A DNA stretch of 64,000 nt from a bacterium. GTDB taxonomy: Bacteria > Hinthialibacterota > Hinthialibacteria > Hinthialibacterales > Hinthialibacteraceae. A program made the translations under genes and the position numbers. Positions 10,194 through 18,741 of this stretch are shown piece after piece. The stretch lies in NCBI GenBank assembly GCA_963663405.2, contig CAXXSM010000053.1:32001-96000 (forward strand), in the 5' to 3' direction. Every line of letters starts with the position of its first letter. Positions within the stretch are counted from its first letter, which is position 1. The notes below the pieces were generated by a model. The model was not told where the DNA came from. It saw only the letters and a program-made list of their open reading frames with translations, and made no database searches.

Positions 10194-12101
10194 ATGATCG
10201 TGCAATTTAAAATCAGAAACGCAATAATACTAACACTATTTCTTTATATCACTTCATCAGCAGGCGCGGCGGCGCCGCAGGAAGTCGCGCCAGGTGTCTT
10301 TTTCCGGTTGGCCGAAGGGGGGTGTAATGTTGGGTGGGTGATCTTTGATGAGTACGTTCTCGTCATAGATTCCAACTTTCCTCACTGCGCGGAAAAAGAT
10401 ATCGAAGCGATTCGTCAAACCACGGATAAACCGATCCGATTCGTGTTTGTAACCCATCATCATCTGGATCATGCATGGGGCAACGCGGTTTACGCCAATG
10501 AAGGCGCCGCCATTATCGCGCAGCGGGAATGCGCGGTAACGTTGAGAACCAAAGAAGCGGAAGAACAATTCAAGAATTGGGCGAAAGACCGTCCAAAATA
10601 CCTCGCTATGGGTCTGAAAACACCGGATATCATTTTCGATGATGAACTTGTGTTCGACGATGGTAAACGCCGTGTGGAATTACTGCACTTCGGGCATGGA
10701 CATACTAAAGGCGATTCCATCGCTTATCTCCCCCATGAAAAGATTGTATTTACCGGCGACCTCTGTGTGAATGGAGTATTCAATTATCTAGGTGAATCCA
10801 ATCCAGATAACTGGATACGCGTTCTCTCCGAAATGCAGGAATACGAGATCAAAACGGTCTGTCCGGGACATGGCCCACTTGCGGGGAAGGAATTGCTTGC
10901 AACACAGCAGCAATATTTTATTGAACTGCGAGATCAAATCCAACAAGCGGTCAATCAAGGAAAAACCCTCGAAGAGACGCGCGCGCTGGTTCAGATCCCT
11001 ATGTACAAAGAATGGACCGGGCAGGAACCCCGGCAAGCGAACATCGATTATATGTATCGCTTGAAAGCGGGATTGATAACGCCCTGGGAATTGGTGGAAG
11101 TTGGACTCTACGCGGGAGATTCTCCAACGAAGGATACGCCGGGATGGACGCCTCCAAAGAAAATGCTGACCCGCAGCCTGAATGCAGAGCAACTGGCCGC
11201 GATGCGGCTCGCCGCGCCTAATTTGGAATTCATCAATGTTCGTGATCAGGACGAGATGATGGAGCATATTGGCGAAGTGGACGCTGTGATGGGACCGATC
11301 TCGGAAGAATTGTTTGAAAAAGGGAAACAACTGCGCTGGGTTAATTCCACAACCGCGGGAGTGTCGGGCTATCTTTTCCCCGAGTTTGTCGAAAGCGAAA
11401 CGGTTCTGACGAATGGTCGAGGCGTCTGTGGCCCTCCGATCGGTGATCATATTTTGGGGTACATGCTCATGTTCTCCAAAGGACTGGCCGCGCAGCACGA
11501 ACGCAAACTCGAGGCGCGATGGGGGCAGGTCCGGGGAAAGCGAATCTTTGAACTGAGCGGGAAAACGCTCTTGATTTTAGGCTTCGGAGGTATCGGACAG
11601 GAGACCGCTAAACGCGCCCAGGCTTTTGGTATGCGGATTCTCGCCGTCGATCCGCAGTCTATTAAGAAACCCCATTACGTCTCCCGGATCGTCCCGCCGG
11701 ACGAGATGGAATCGCTGCTGCCCGAAGCGGATTTTGTCGCCTGTTGCGTCCCGCTCACGAAACAAACGGATCGTTATTTCGGGAAAAAACAGTTCGAATT
11801 GATGAAACCAACCGCGTATTTCATGAACGTTGGCCGTGGAAGAGTCGTAGACACGGACGCGCTCGTCGAAGCGCTGCGTTCAAAGACCATCGCGGGGGCG
11901 GCGGTGGATGTGACCGATCCAGAGCCTTTGCCATCGGATCATCCTTTATGGAAATTGGATAATGTACTCATTACGCCGCACATGTCTGGGCGGACGGAAG
12001 AACGTTATCACCTAGCCTGGCTCTTGTTGCTGGAAAATACGCGCCGTTTTGCGGCGGGAGAACCGCTGTTGAATGTTGTGAATAAAAAAGCGGGATATTA
12101 A
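10194..12101 (+). CDS. Fusion: signal peptide + metallo-beta-lactamase-fold hydrolase + D-2-hydroxyacid dehydrogenase
   Basis: MBL ligands THHHLDH, GHTKGD, FTGDL, PGHG. Dehydrogenase motifs GFGGIG, NVGRG, DVTDPEP, TPHMSG. N-terminal Sec-like signal ending AGA. Confidence 0.85.
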   Translation: MIVQFKIRNAIILTLFLYITSSAGAAAPQEVAPGVFFRLAEGGCNVGWVIFDEYVLVIDSNFPHCAEKDIEAIRQTTDKPIRFVFVTHHHLDHAWGNAVYANEGAAIIAQRECAVTLRTKEAEEQFKNWAKDRPKYLAMGLKTPDIIFDDELVFDDGKRRVELLHFGHGHTKGDSIAYLPHEKIVFTGDLCVNGVFNYLGESNPDNWIRVLSEMQEYEIKTVCPGHGPLAGKELLATQQQYFIELRDQIQQAVNQGKTLEETRALVQIPMYKEWTGQEPRQANIDYMYRLKAGLITPWELVEVGLYAGDSPTKDTPGWTPPKKMLTRSLNAEQLAAMRLAAPNLEFINVRDQDEMMEHIGEVDAVMGPISEELFEKGKQLRWVNSTTAGVSGYLFPEFVESETVLTNGRGVCGPPIGDHILGYMLMFSKGLAAQHERKLEARWGQVRGKRIFELSGKTLLILGFGGIGQETAKRAQAFGMRILAVDPQSIKKPHYVSRIVPPDEMESLLPEADFVACCVPLTKQTDRYFGKKQFELMKPTAYFMNVGRGRVVDTDALVEALRSKTIAGAAVDVTDPEPLPSDHPLWKLDNVLITPHMSGRTEERYHLAWLLLLENTRRFAAGEPLLNVVNKKAGY

Positions 12102-12361
12102 TTTCTTTTCATACCAATCCGCGAAGTTCATCTCCCCATATTTTTATGTTAATCCGATTCACTACAACGGTTGCTTTGCATCTTCGAATCTGCAGTATCC
12201 TTCCTTTTTAATCTATCTGACTAATAACCATTGTTTAGAAAAACCATTCTGAATTTCTTCGATTTTCGTTTGTTTTTTATGGTAAAATGGCCGTCATGAT
12301 TCGAATTAGATTTATCAGCCAATGAATCCTAACGCTTGATTAAAGCGGAACGGAGGAAACC

Positions 12362-14221
12362 GTGATGAAATCCAGGACGCTCTTGAAACTTTATTCTTCG
12401 AAGTATGAATTGACAGTAATCCTGTTTCTATCATGGATATTGATCGTGGGGATTCCATCCGCGTCATCACAGGAAGGAACGGGCGGTGATCTTCTTCTCT
12501 ATGATGATGAATTGAGTGAGGGGTGGGATGATTGGTCGTGGGATACAGTAAATGATTTCTCGATCACAGATCCAGTGCAATCTGGCGATCGTTCGTTGTC
12601 CGTTACGTTTACCGCGGCCTGGGCCGGTTTGTATCTCCACACGAATACAGCGATTGATACGGGGGAGTATGAGACCCTGCGGTTTTGGATTCATGGTGGA
12701 ACGGCCGGCCGTCAATCGATTACGATTGTTTTTATCGGTGAAAATGAAGAGGAGGCCGGCGCGCGATACGATCTGATCCCATTGCCCGTAAACACATGGA
12801 TCGAAATGGCCGTTCCTCTACCCGCGTTGGAAGGCAATCTGGGCATTACAGGTTTGTTCTGGCATGATAGAACTGGCGGTCCCCAACCTGCGTTCTATCT
12901 CGATCGAATTACAGTGGAGAAAGCGAGTCAACCAGTTTCGCAACCCACTCCTACGCCCCAGATGCCTGTGGAGATAAAAACCAAGTGGGATCTGTGGTTG
13001 AATGGGACTCATTTGCGTGGAGCGAACGTTCATCAAAGGCGGATTTATCCAAGTTTGGATGGTCCAACGTATATGGGACCGGGACCAGCCGGCCCTCCTT
13101 TCACGCAAGAGGATTTCGATAAACTGGCGGCGTTGGGCGCGAATTATGTCAATATTTCCTATACCGGATTGTATACGGAAACTCCTCCTTATATCGTGGA
13201 TCCCGATCTGCGTGATGGATTGGATATCTTGCTCGAAATGATCGCTCACGCGGATATGTTCGCTGTGATCAGTATGCGGAGCGGTCCGGGCCGCAGTCAA
13301 TTCGCCATCTATTATTGGGAAGATCTGGATCGGAAATATTATAATGACTCAGTATGGCAGGATCGCGCGGCGCAGGACGCTTGGGTGGAGATGTGGCGGT
13401 ATATCGCGGAACGGTACCGCGATAATCCTATTGTCGTTGGTTACGATCTGATGGTTGAACCGAATTCGAATGACAATGGCAGCGATGTCTTTAGCGATCG
13501 GTTGGATATATGGGAGCCGGATGAGTTCTATTCCCAATACGGGGGAACATTATACGATTGGAATCAGCTCTATCCACGCATTACAGAGGCGATTCGTGAG
13601 GTGGACACGGAAACGCCGATCTTAATCGCCGGGAATTCATATAGTGGTGTCCGGTGGCTTCCGTATTTGCAACCAACCGGCGATCCCCGCACGGTCTATG
13701 CGGCGCATCAATACGAACCCCAATCACAATATACGCACATAGATTGGAATGATGAAGATTTTATGAATGTTACATACCCAGGCTTAATCGATTTGGATTG
13801 GGATGGAGAAAAAGAATTGTTTGACCGGGACTGGCTGGATCGTTTTTTAACGCCTTTGGATGCGTTTCAAACGGCGTACAACGTTCCTGTAGCGGTGAAT
13901 GAATATGGGATCGCGCGTTGGGTAAACAATGCGGCGGATTTCATCCGGGATGAAATGGAATTATTTGAGGAGCGGGGTTTGAATTACGCGTTGTGGGAAT
14001 GGCAGCCTTACTGGGAACCTCTCATTTCCAAAAATAGTGATTTTAATTTCCGGCATGGGCCCGATCCGGATAATCATACAGACGTGTTGGAAAATGAATT
14101 GTTGGATGCAATTGTCAGTTTTTGGGCGAAGAACACAATTCATCCCTCCATAATGCCTTCCCTTCCAATACCTACTCCCACACCGGTTTCCGTACGAATT
14201 AATGATTGGTTTTTGTATTGA
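12362..14221 (+). CDS. Secreted GH5-like (cellulase family) glycoside hydrolase with N-terminal CBM-like domain and PT linkers
   Basis: Signal peptide; LLYDDELSEGWDDWSW...LRFWIHGG CBM-like domain; PTPTP linker; clan GH-A motifs GYDLMVEP (acid/base) and VAVNEYG (nucleophile); HQYEP. Confidence 0.8.
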   Translation: MMKSRTLLKLYSSKYELTVILFLSWILIVGIPSASSQEGTGGDLLLYDDELSEGWDDWSWDTVNDFSITDPVQSGDRSLSVTFTAAWAGLYLHTNTAIDTGEYETLRFWIHGGTAGRQSITIVFIGENEEEAGARYDLIPLPVNTWIEMAVPLPALEGNLGITGLFWHDRTGGPQPAFYLDRITVEKASQPVSQPTPTPQMPVEIKTKWDLWLNGTHLRGANVHQRRIYPSLDGPTYMGPGPAGPPFTQEDFDKLAALGANYVNISYTGLYTETPPYIVDPDLRDGLDILLEMIAHADMFAVISMRSGPGRSQFAIYYWEDLDRKYYNDSVWQDRAAQDAWVEMWRYIAERYRDNPIVVGYDLMVEPNSNDNGSDVFSDRLDIWEPDEFYSQYGGTLYDWNQLYPRITEAIREVDTETPILIAGNSYSGVRWLPYLQPTGDPRTVYAAHQYEPQSQYTHIDWNDEDFMNVTYPGLIDLDWDGEKELFDRDWLDRFLTPLDAFQTAYNVPVAVNEYGIARWVNNAADFIRDEMELFEERGLNYALWEWQPYWEPLISKNSDFNFRHGPDPDNHTDVLENELLDAIVSFWAKNTIHPSIMPSLPIPTPTPVSVRINDWFLY

Positions 14222-14410
14222 CTTAGATGATACAAATGTTATGAATCCTACCTGCGATTCTTTTATTTATTTTTCGCTCAACCGAATGTAAGATTAGTTT
14301 TTTAATTTATAAAAAACTAAATTTATTATGTATTGATACGTTTCATGAATCGTTTTCTTTACGAATCGGTGGATTTTTTTACTGTGATTATCTATTGAGA
14401 GTCATGATGC

Positions 14411-14440
14411 TTGACATAGTACTAAAAATATGGTTTAAAT
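14411..14440 (+). promoter_or_regulatory. Sigma70-like promoter upstream of the 14482 ORF
   Basis: Perfect TTGACA at 14411-14416, then TG-G-TTTAAAT (extended -10-like) 17-18 bp later. AAGGAG RBS before ATG 14482. Confidence 0.5.
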
Positions 14441-14481
14441 ACTAGTCTGGTAAAACGTGTGCGCCAAGGAGAACAGTTCGG

Positions 14482-14898
14482 ATGTTTAAAAAAGGTAATT
14501 TGTATCTGCTCCAGGATATAAATCGCCGAGTGGGGGGAACAAAAAGGGGTTTTTTAACACATGAAAACGGACGGGTTGTATGCGGACGTTTTTCGAAATA
14601 TGAACACCCTTTGGCTCCTGATGTGGTTTTTGTATGGGACGGCCGTCAAGATAAAGCGGATAACCGCCGGTCGAATTATTTTTGGGCGAAACAATTCTGT
14701 GAGCAAGACAATCCAATTCCCGTTTTTGTAAGGGTCAATACTTATGAATGGGAATACAAAGGGCTTTACCGAGTGGATCGAGCGGCCGAAGAGGAAGAGA
14801 CAATCCTTCGGTATAAAAAAAAGGCGGGACGAGAAATTCGAGATCTTGTCATGGTGCTTTTTTTGGAAGAGGTCGATGAGCCAGGAGGTTTTATTTGA
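14482..14898 (+). CDS. Hypothetical protein, possible stand-alone SRA/PUA-like domain
   Basis: Good RBS and promoter. GG...L...GRVVCGRF...P.APDVVFV...PIPVFVR...WEYKGLYRV pattern. Fold guess is inference. Confidence 0.65.
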   Translation: MFKKGNLYLLQDINRRVGGTKRGFLTHENGRVVCGRFSKYEHPLAPDVVFVWDGRQDKADNRRSNYFWAKQFCEQDNPIPVFVRVNTYEWEYKGLYRVDRAAEEEETILRYKKKAGREIRDLVMVLFLEEVDEPGGFI

Positions 14899-15051
14899 AA
14901 ATGAGTTTCCGAGAGTTACTCGTTCGTGATTTCTATCGTAACTCATTTTCATCTGCAGGTTGTGTTTATCATGATAGTTTATATGTGCGAATAAATCGTT
15001 CTTAATTTTCTATTCTAATCGCATACTAACTATATTTTATTTGATTTTTTT

Positions 15052-15106
15052 GTTAGTTTATCGTTAGTATTTGGTTAGATGTATGTTAGATGTATGTTAT
15101 ATTTAT
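15052..15106 (+). repeat. Five direct repeats at exact 11-bp period (GTTAG/GTTAT core)
   Basis: gttagtttatc, gttagtatttg, gttagatgtat, gttagatgtat, gttatatttat starting at 15052, 15063, 15074, 15085, 15096. Confidence 0.7.
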
Positions 15107-15215
15107 GAATGATACTGTTCGCCATGAACTTATTTTTCTACTCTGGATAATGAAGTTGTTCATGCTTTTGTAAACTGAACTATCATTGGGTTGAATGCAG
15201 TTTTGGCATTGCTGT

Positions 15216-16553
15216 TTAAAGATTTGGTGAGACGATTTTGGGCAGCCAGAGGATGATGGATTCGGGTAGATATGTGATAATCAGCAGTGTAATAATCATG
15301 GCGGCGTAAAACGGCAGCATTGGCTTTACAAGTTTTGCAATCGTCGTGTCCCCGACGCCGCACCCTACAAACAACACTGTCCCGACTGGAGGTGTGCAAA
15401 GGCCAATACACAGATTGACTATCATAATCAATCCGAAATGGATGGGATTCATGTGCAGTGTTGTCACGGCGATTTGACTGAAGATCGGGGTGAAGATCAA
15501 CACCGCCGGGGTCATATCCATAAAGGTTCCGACAAAGAGAAGGATCGCATTGATGATGAGCAGCAGGATGGTTTTATTTTCCGTAAGACTCAACAGGCTG
15601 GCGCTCACCATCTGCGGCAATTCGAGCCGGACCATCAAGTTCCCCATCGCTTTGCTGGCTGCGATTAGGATAAAGATGAAAGCCGTCGTAACAGCGGTGG
15701 TTCGCAGGATTTGAGGGAGCTCGTTCCAACGGACCTGCTTATATACAATCACGGCGAGGAAGAACGAATAAAGAACCGCGGCGGCGCTGGCCTGTGTCGC
15801 GGTGAATACGCCACAGAGTATCCCGCCAAGAACGATTACCATGAGCAGCATACTCAACACGGCGCGCTGTAGGCGGTGGAATCCATCACGCCAATTGACT
15901 TTTCCTGTTGGTTTCACGCCTTTCCGGAACGCATGCATCGCGGCCACGATCATGAGTCCGATTCCGATAATCACACCGGGCAGAAATCCCCCCATAAACA
16001 TCGCGGCGACATCGACCGCCTGCCCTCCGGCGTCTCCCCAGGCGACGGCGTAAACGATCATGATGTTCGATGGGGGAATCACCAGACCGAGGGTCGCCGC
16101 CGAGAGCGTCAAGGCTGTGCTGAATTCGCGCTCGTATCCTCCCCGCCTCATTTCAGGAATGATGAAGGCGCCGATGGAACTCGTGGCCGCCGTCGCCGAA
16201 CCGGAGATGGCGCCGAACAACATGCAGGCCATCACATTCGCATAGCATAGCCCACCTGCGACACGTCCCACCAGCACGTCTGCGAAATCAATCAACCGCC
16301 GCGCGATGCCTCCCGCTCCCATCAGCAGTCCCGAAAGAACGAACATGGGAATCGCGAGTAGCGCGTACGAATCGACGCCATGCCACATATCCTTGGCGAT
16401 CTGCATAAACACAAGAAATGGACGGTCCGGCCAAAGGCAGAGATAGGACACCGCTGTGGAAATTCCAATGGCGAACGCGATTGGTATATTGTGCGCGATA
16501 AGAAGTATGAACGCCGCAATGAGGACTCCGGCGGCCAAGGTTTCTGGCGTCAT
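15216..16553 (-). CDS. dctM: TRAP transporter large permease DctM
   Basis: LLAIPMFVLSG, FGAISGSATA, IPPSNIMIVY, GVFTATQA, IGLCTPPVG. ATG at 16553 overlaps the dctQ stop. Confidence 0.92.
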   Translation of the reverse strand: MTPETLAAGVLIAAFILLIAHNIPIAFAIGISTAVSYLCLWPDRPFLVFMQIAKDMWHGVDSYALLAIPMFVLSGLLMGAGGIARRLIDFADVLVGRVAGGLCYANVMACMLFGAISGSATAATSSIGAFIIPEMRRGGYEREFSTALTLSAATLGLVIPPSNIMIVYAVAWGDAGGQAVDVAAMFMGGFLPGVIIGIGLMIVAAMHAFRKGVKPTGKVNWRDGFHRLQRAVLSMLLMVIVLGGILCGVFTATQASAAAVLYSFFLAVIVYKQVRWNELPQILRTTAVTTAFIFILIAASKAMGNLMVRLELPQMVSASLLSLTENKTILLLIINAILLFVGTFMDMTPAVLIFTPIFSQIAVTTLHMNPIHFGLIMIVNLCIGLCTPPVGTVLFVGCGVGDTTIAKLVKPMLPFYAAMIITLLIITYLPESIILWLPKIVSPNL

Positions 16554-17179
16554 GAATCGTTCCGTTTCTTTTCCTCTTTCAATCCTCCCACCGGCTTTGG
16601 ATGGGCGATGTGGTATACGCAATACAATAGATTCAGCGCGCCCGTGAGTATCAACACAAGGTAAAACCATCCTCGATTCAGCATTTCAAAGCCGGGCATC
16701 TTCGAACCGTAGGAAAAGGCGCGTTCACATACAAGCCCGCCTCCTATGGTGAGAACAGTCAAAGAAAACAGACCAACGAACACGGTTGAGATGTAGTCGA
16801 GAATCAGCCGGATTTTTGGGGGATAGAGGCGAACCAGGGCGTCTACGCCCAGATGCGCCCGTTGGCGGAACGCGAGCGCGCTGCCGAGTATTCCGATCCA
16901 GACTAACAATGTTTGAGACGCGGTGTTGACCGGAGCGGACGCGTTCGCGACGGCGCTCAAGATCCATTCAAGGGTATGACGGAGGGGCGTTGAATGATCC
17001 GCTTCAGGAATTGATTCATTGGATATCCCATCGTCTATAAGTTGAAGCCAACCACTGACGAGAGGTTGAACGGCGGCGTTCAAGAGAATCTCAGTAGTAA
17101 TACTGCATACCATCGCCACGACAAGAATGATTAAAACGGTTGTCAAGATTCGATCGAGCCGATCGTAGAAACACTGCAA
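16550..17179 (-). CDS. dctQ: TRAP transporter small permease DctQ (long first loop)
   Basis: Four TMs; LLVWIGILGSALAFRQRAHLGVD motif; lies between dctP and dctM. TTG at 17179 follows GGAGG (ORF track start 17197). Confidence 0.85.
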   Translation of the reverse strand: MQCFYDRLDRILTTVLIILVVAMVCSITTEILLNAAVQPLVSGWLQLIDDGISNESIPEADHSTPLRHTLEWILSAVANASAPVNTASQTLLVWIGILGSALAFRQRAHLGVDALVRLYPPKIRLILDYISTVFVGLFSLTVLTIGGGLVCERAFSYGSKMPGFEMLNRGWFYLVLILTGALNLLYCVYHIAHPKPVGGLKEEKKRNDS

Positions 17180-17229
17180 AATAGATTGCCTCCCCAATTC
17201 AAAAAAACGACACAGTTTTTAAAATGTAT

Positions 17230-18229
17230 TCACTCCACCGCCCAAATCCGTTTAACATAATCCGCAATCGTTGTGCCTTCGAATGGCTCGTAGATCGACT
17301 CGGTCGCTTTCACGAATTCGTCCTTGTTGTCCAAATAAGTGAATGTAACGCCTTCCGCTTTCATTTTTTCAATCTGTTCGGCGTTCGCTTTTGTCCACAA
17401 TTCCCGTTGAAATTCCTGGGCCACCGCCGCGGATTCCATGATGATGGTTTGGTCTTCGGGAGTGAGTTGATTCCATCGTTTGGCGCTCATTAATAGGATG
17501 TCGGGAATACAAACGTGTTCGTCGAAGATATAATTCGGCGCGACTTTATAATGACGTTGTGTATAGTAACTGGGTATATTATTTTCCGCGCCTTGGACCA
17601 CGCCGGTGTCGAGGGCCGTGTACAATTCGGAAAAAGCGATCTGCTGGGGGGAGGCGCCAAGTGTTTCTACCAGTTTCTGCATCATCACGCTTTTTTGAAC
17701 GCGGATTTTCACTCCCCTCAAATCATTGGGCGTAACCACTTTTTTCTTGGTATAGAAGGATCGGGCGCCGGCGTCGAAATAGCAGATGCCTTTCAAGTTT
17801 TGATCGATCGCCATATCGAGCAGTTCTTGACCGATCTCTCCATTGAGGATTTTCCACATATGTTCTTCATTCCTAAACAGGTAGGGCAGGGAATAGACTT
17901 TCGCCAGTTCTGTTTTTGTTTCGAGTATCGTTGAGGAGATTTTCGTGAAGGCGTCGGTGTCGTTGGATACGTTGTCACAGAGTTCCTGCTCGTTGCCCAA
18001 TGTGCCGCCCGGTTGGATTTTGATAGTGAATCGGCCTTCACTGCGGCTTTCCACTTCCTCGGCGAATTTGACAAGCGCTTTGTGCACAGGATGATCCGTG
18101 TTGAGCACATGGGGCAGGCTGAATGTTTGTTTCCCTAAGACGGCGCCGTCTCCGCCTCCACAGGAGAGCGTGAAACCAAGCGCAATAAGAGTGAGTAAGG
18201 GATAGATAATATTCAACTGTTTTTTTCAT
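17230..18229 (-). CDS. dctP: TRAP substrate-binding lipoprotein DctP (probable 1-nt indel in A7 tract right after ATG 18229; open frame 17230..18216)
   Basis: Lipobox FTLSC, HPVHKAL, LPYLF, GARSFY, DLRGVKIRVQ, ELYTALDTGVVQGAENN. Confidence 0.9.
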
Positions 18230-18280
18230 TGTTTATCTCGCTTCTTTTATATTCAATTAAAGAATCGTTTCCACTTCCCG

Positions 18281-18601
18281 TTAAAGAAAATCACCCCGTT
18301 GTGGTGTGAAGGCGTCGAAAATTTTTCCATCTTCCAACGCGACGACACCATGTGGAACGTTCGGGCCCGTATAATATGTATCCCCCGCTTTGACGATCTC
18401 CTTTTTACCATCGATTTCCAATTCGAAACTGCCCATGACAATATAACCGAGTTGTTCGTGCGGGTGGCTGTGGACGGCGCCGATGGCTCCCTTTTTGAAC
18501 GTGAATTCAACCGCCATCATGGCGCCCCCACGGGAAAGGATTTTCCGTTCCACGCCCGGCCCAACATTGACCGGCTCTGTAGATTCGTTATTTACAATCA
18601 T
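18281..18601 (-). CDS. Cupin domain protein, KdgF-like (pectin/uronate catabolism)
   Basis: GVERKIL, HSHPHEQLGY, PNVPHG, DAFTPQRGDFL match the KdgF-type cupin. Confidence 0.8.
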   Translation of the reverse strand: MIVNNESTEPVNVGPGVERKILSRGGAMMAVEFTFKKGAIGAVHSHPHEQLGYIVMGSFELEIDGKKEIVKAGDTYYTGPNVPHGVVALEDGKIFDAFTPQRGDFL

Positions 18602-18741
18602 CCAGATTTCCCCTTTATCTCCAGTATCAGCTCATTATTTCATTTGTTGTTGATTCATCTTATCCTTACTTGCTGTCAAAAGAAACGTATCCGGTCCAGG
18701 TGTTTCGTGGAGAGATTTTCTTTTTAACGAATATTTAATCC

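Noticed and set aside
16554-16670. N-terminal extension of dctM
   Set aside because: Lies inside dctQ; the ATGA overlap defines the start at 16553.
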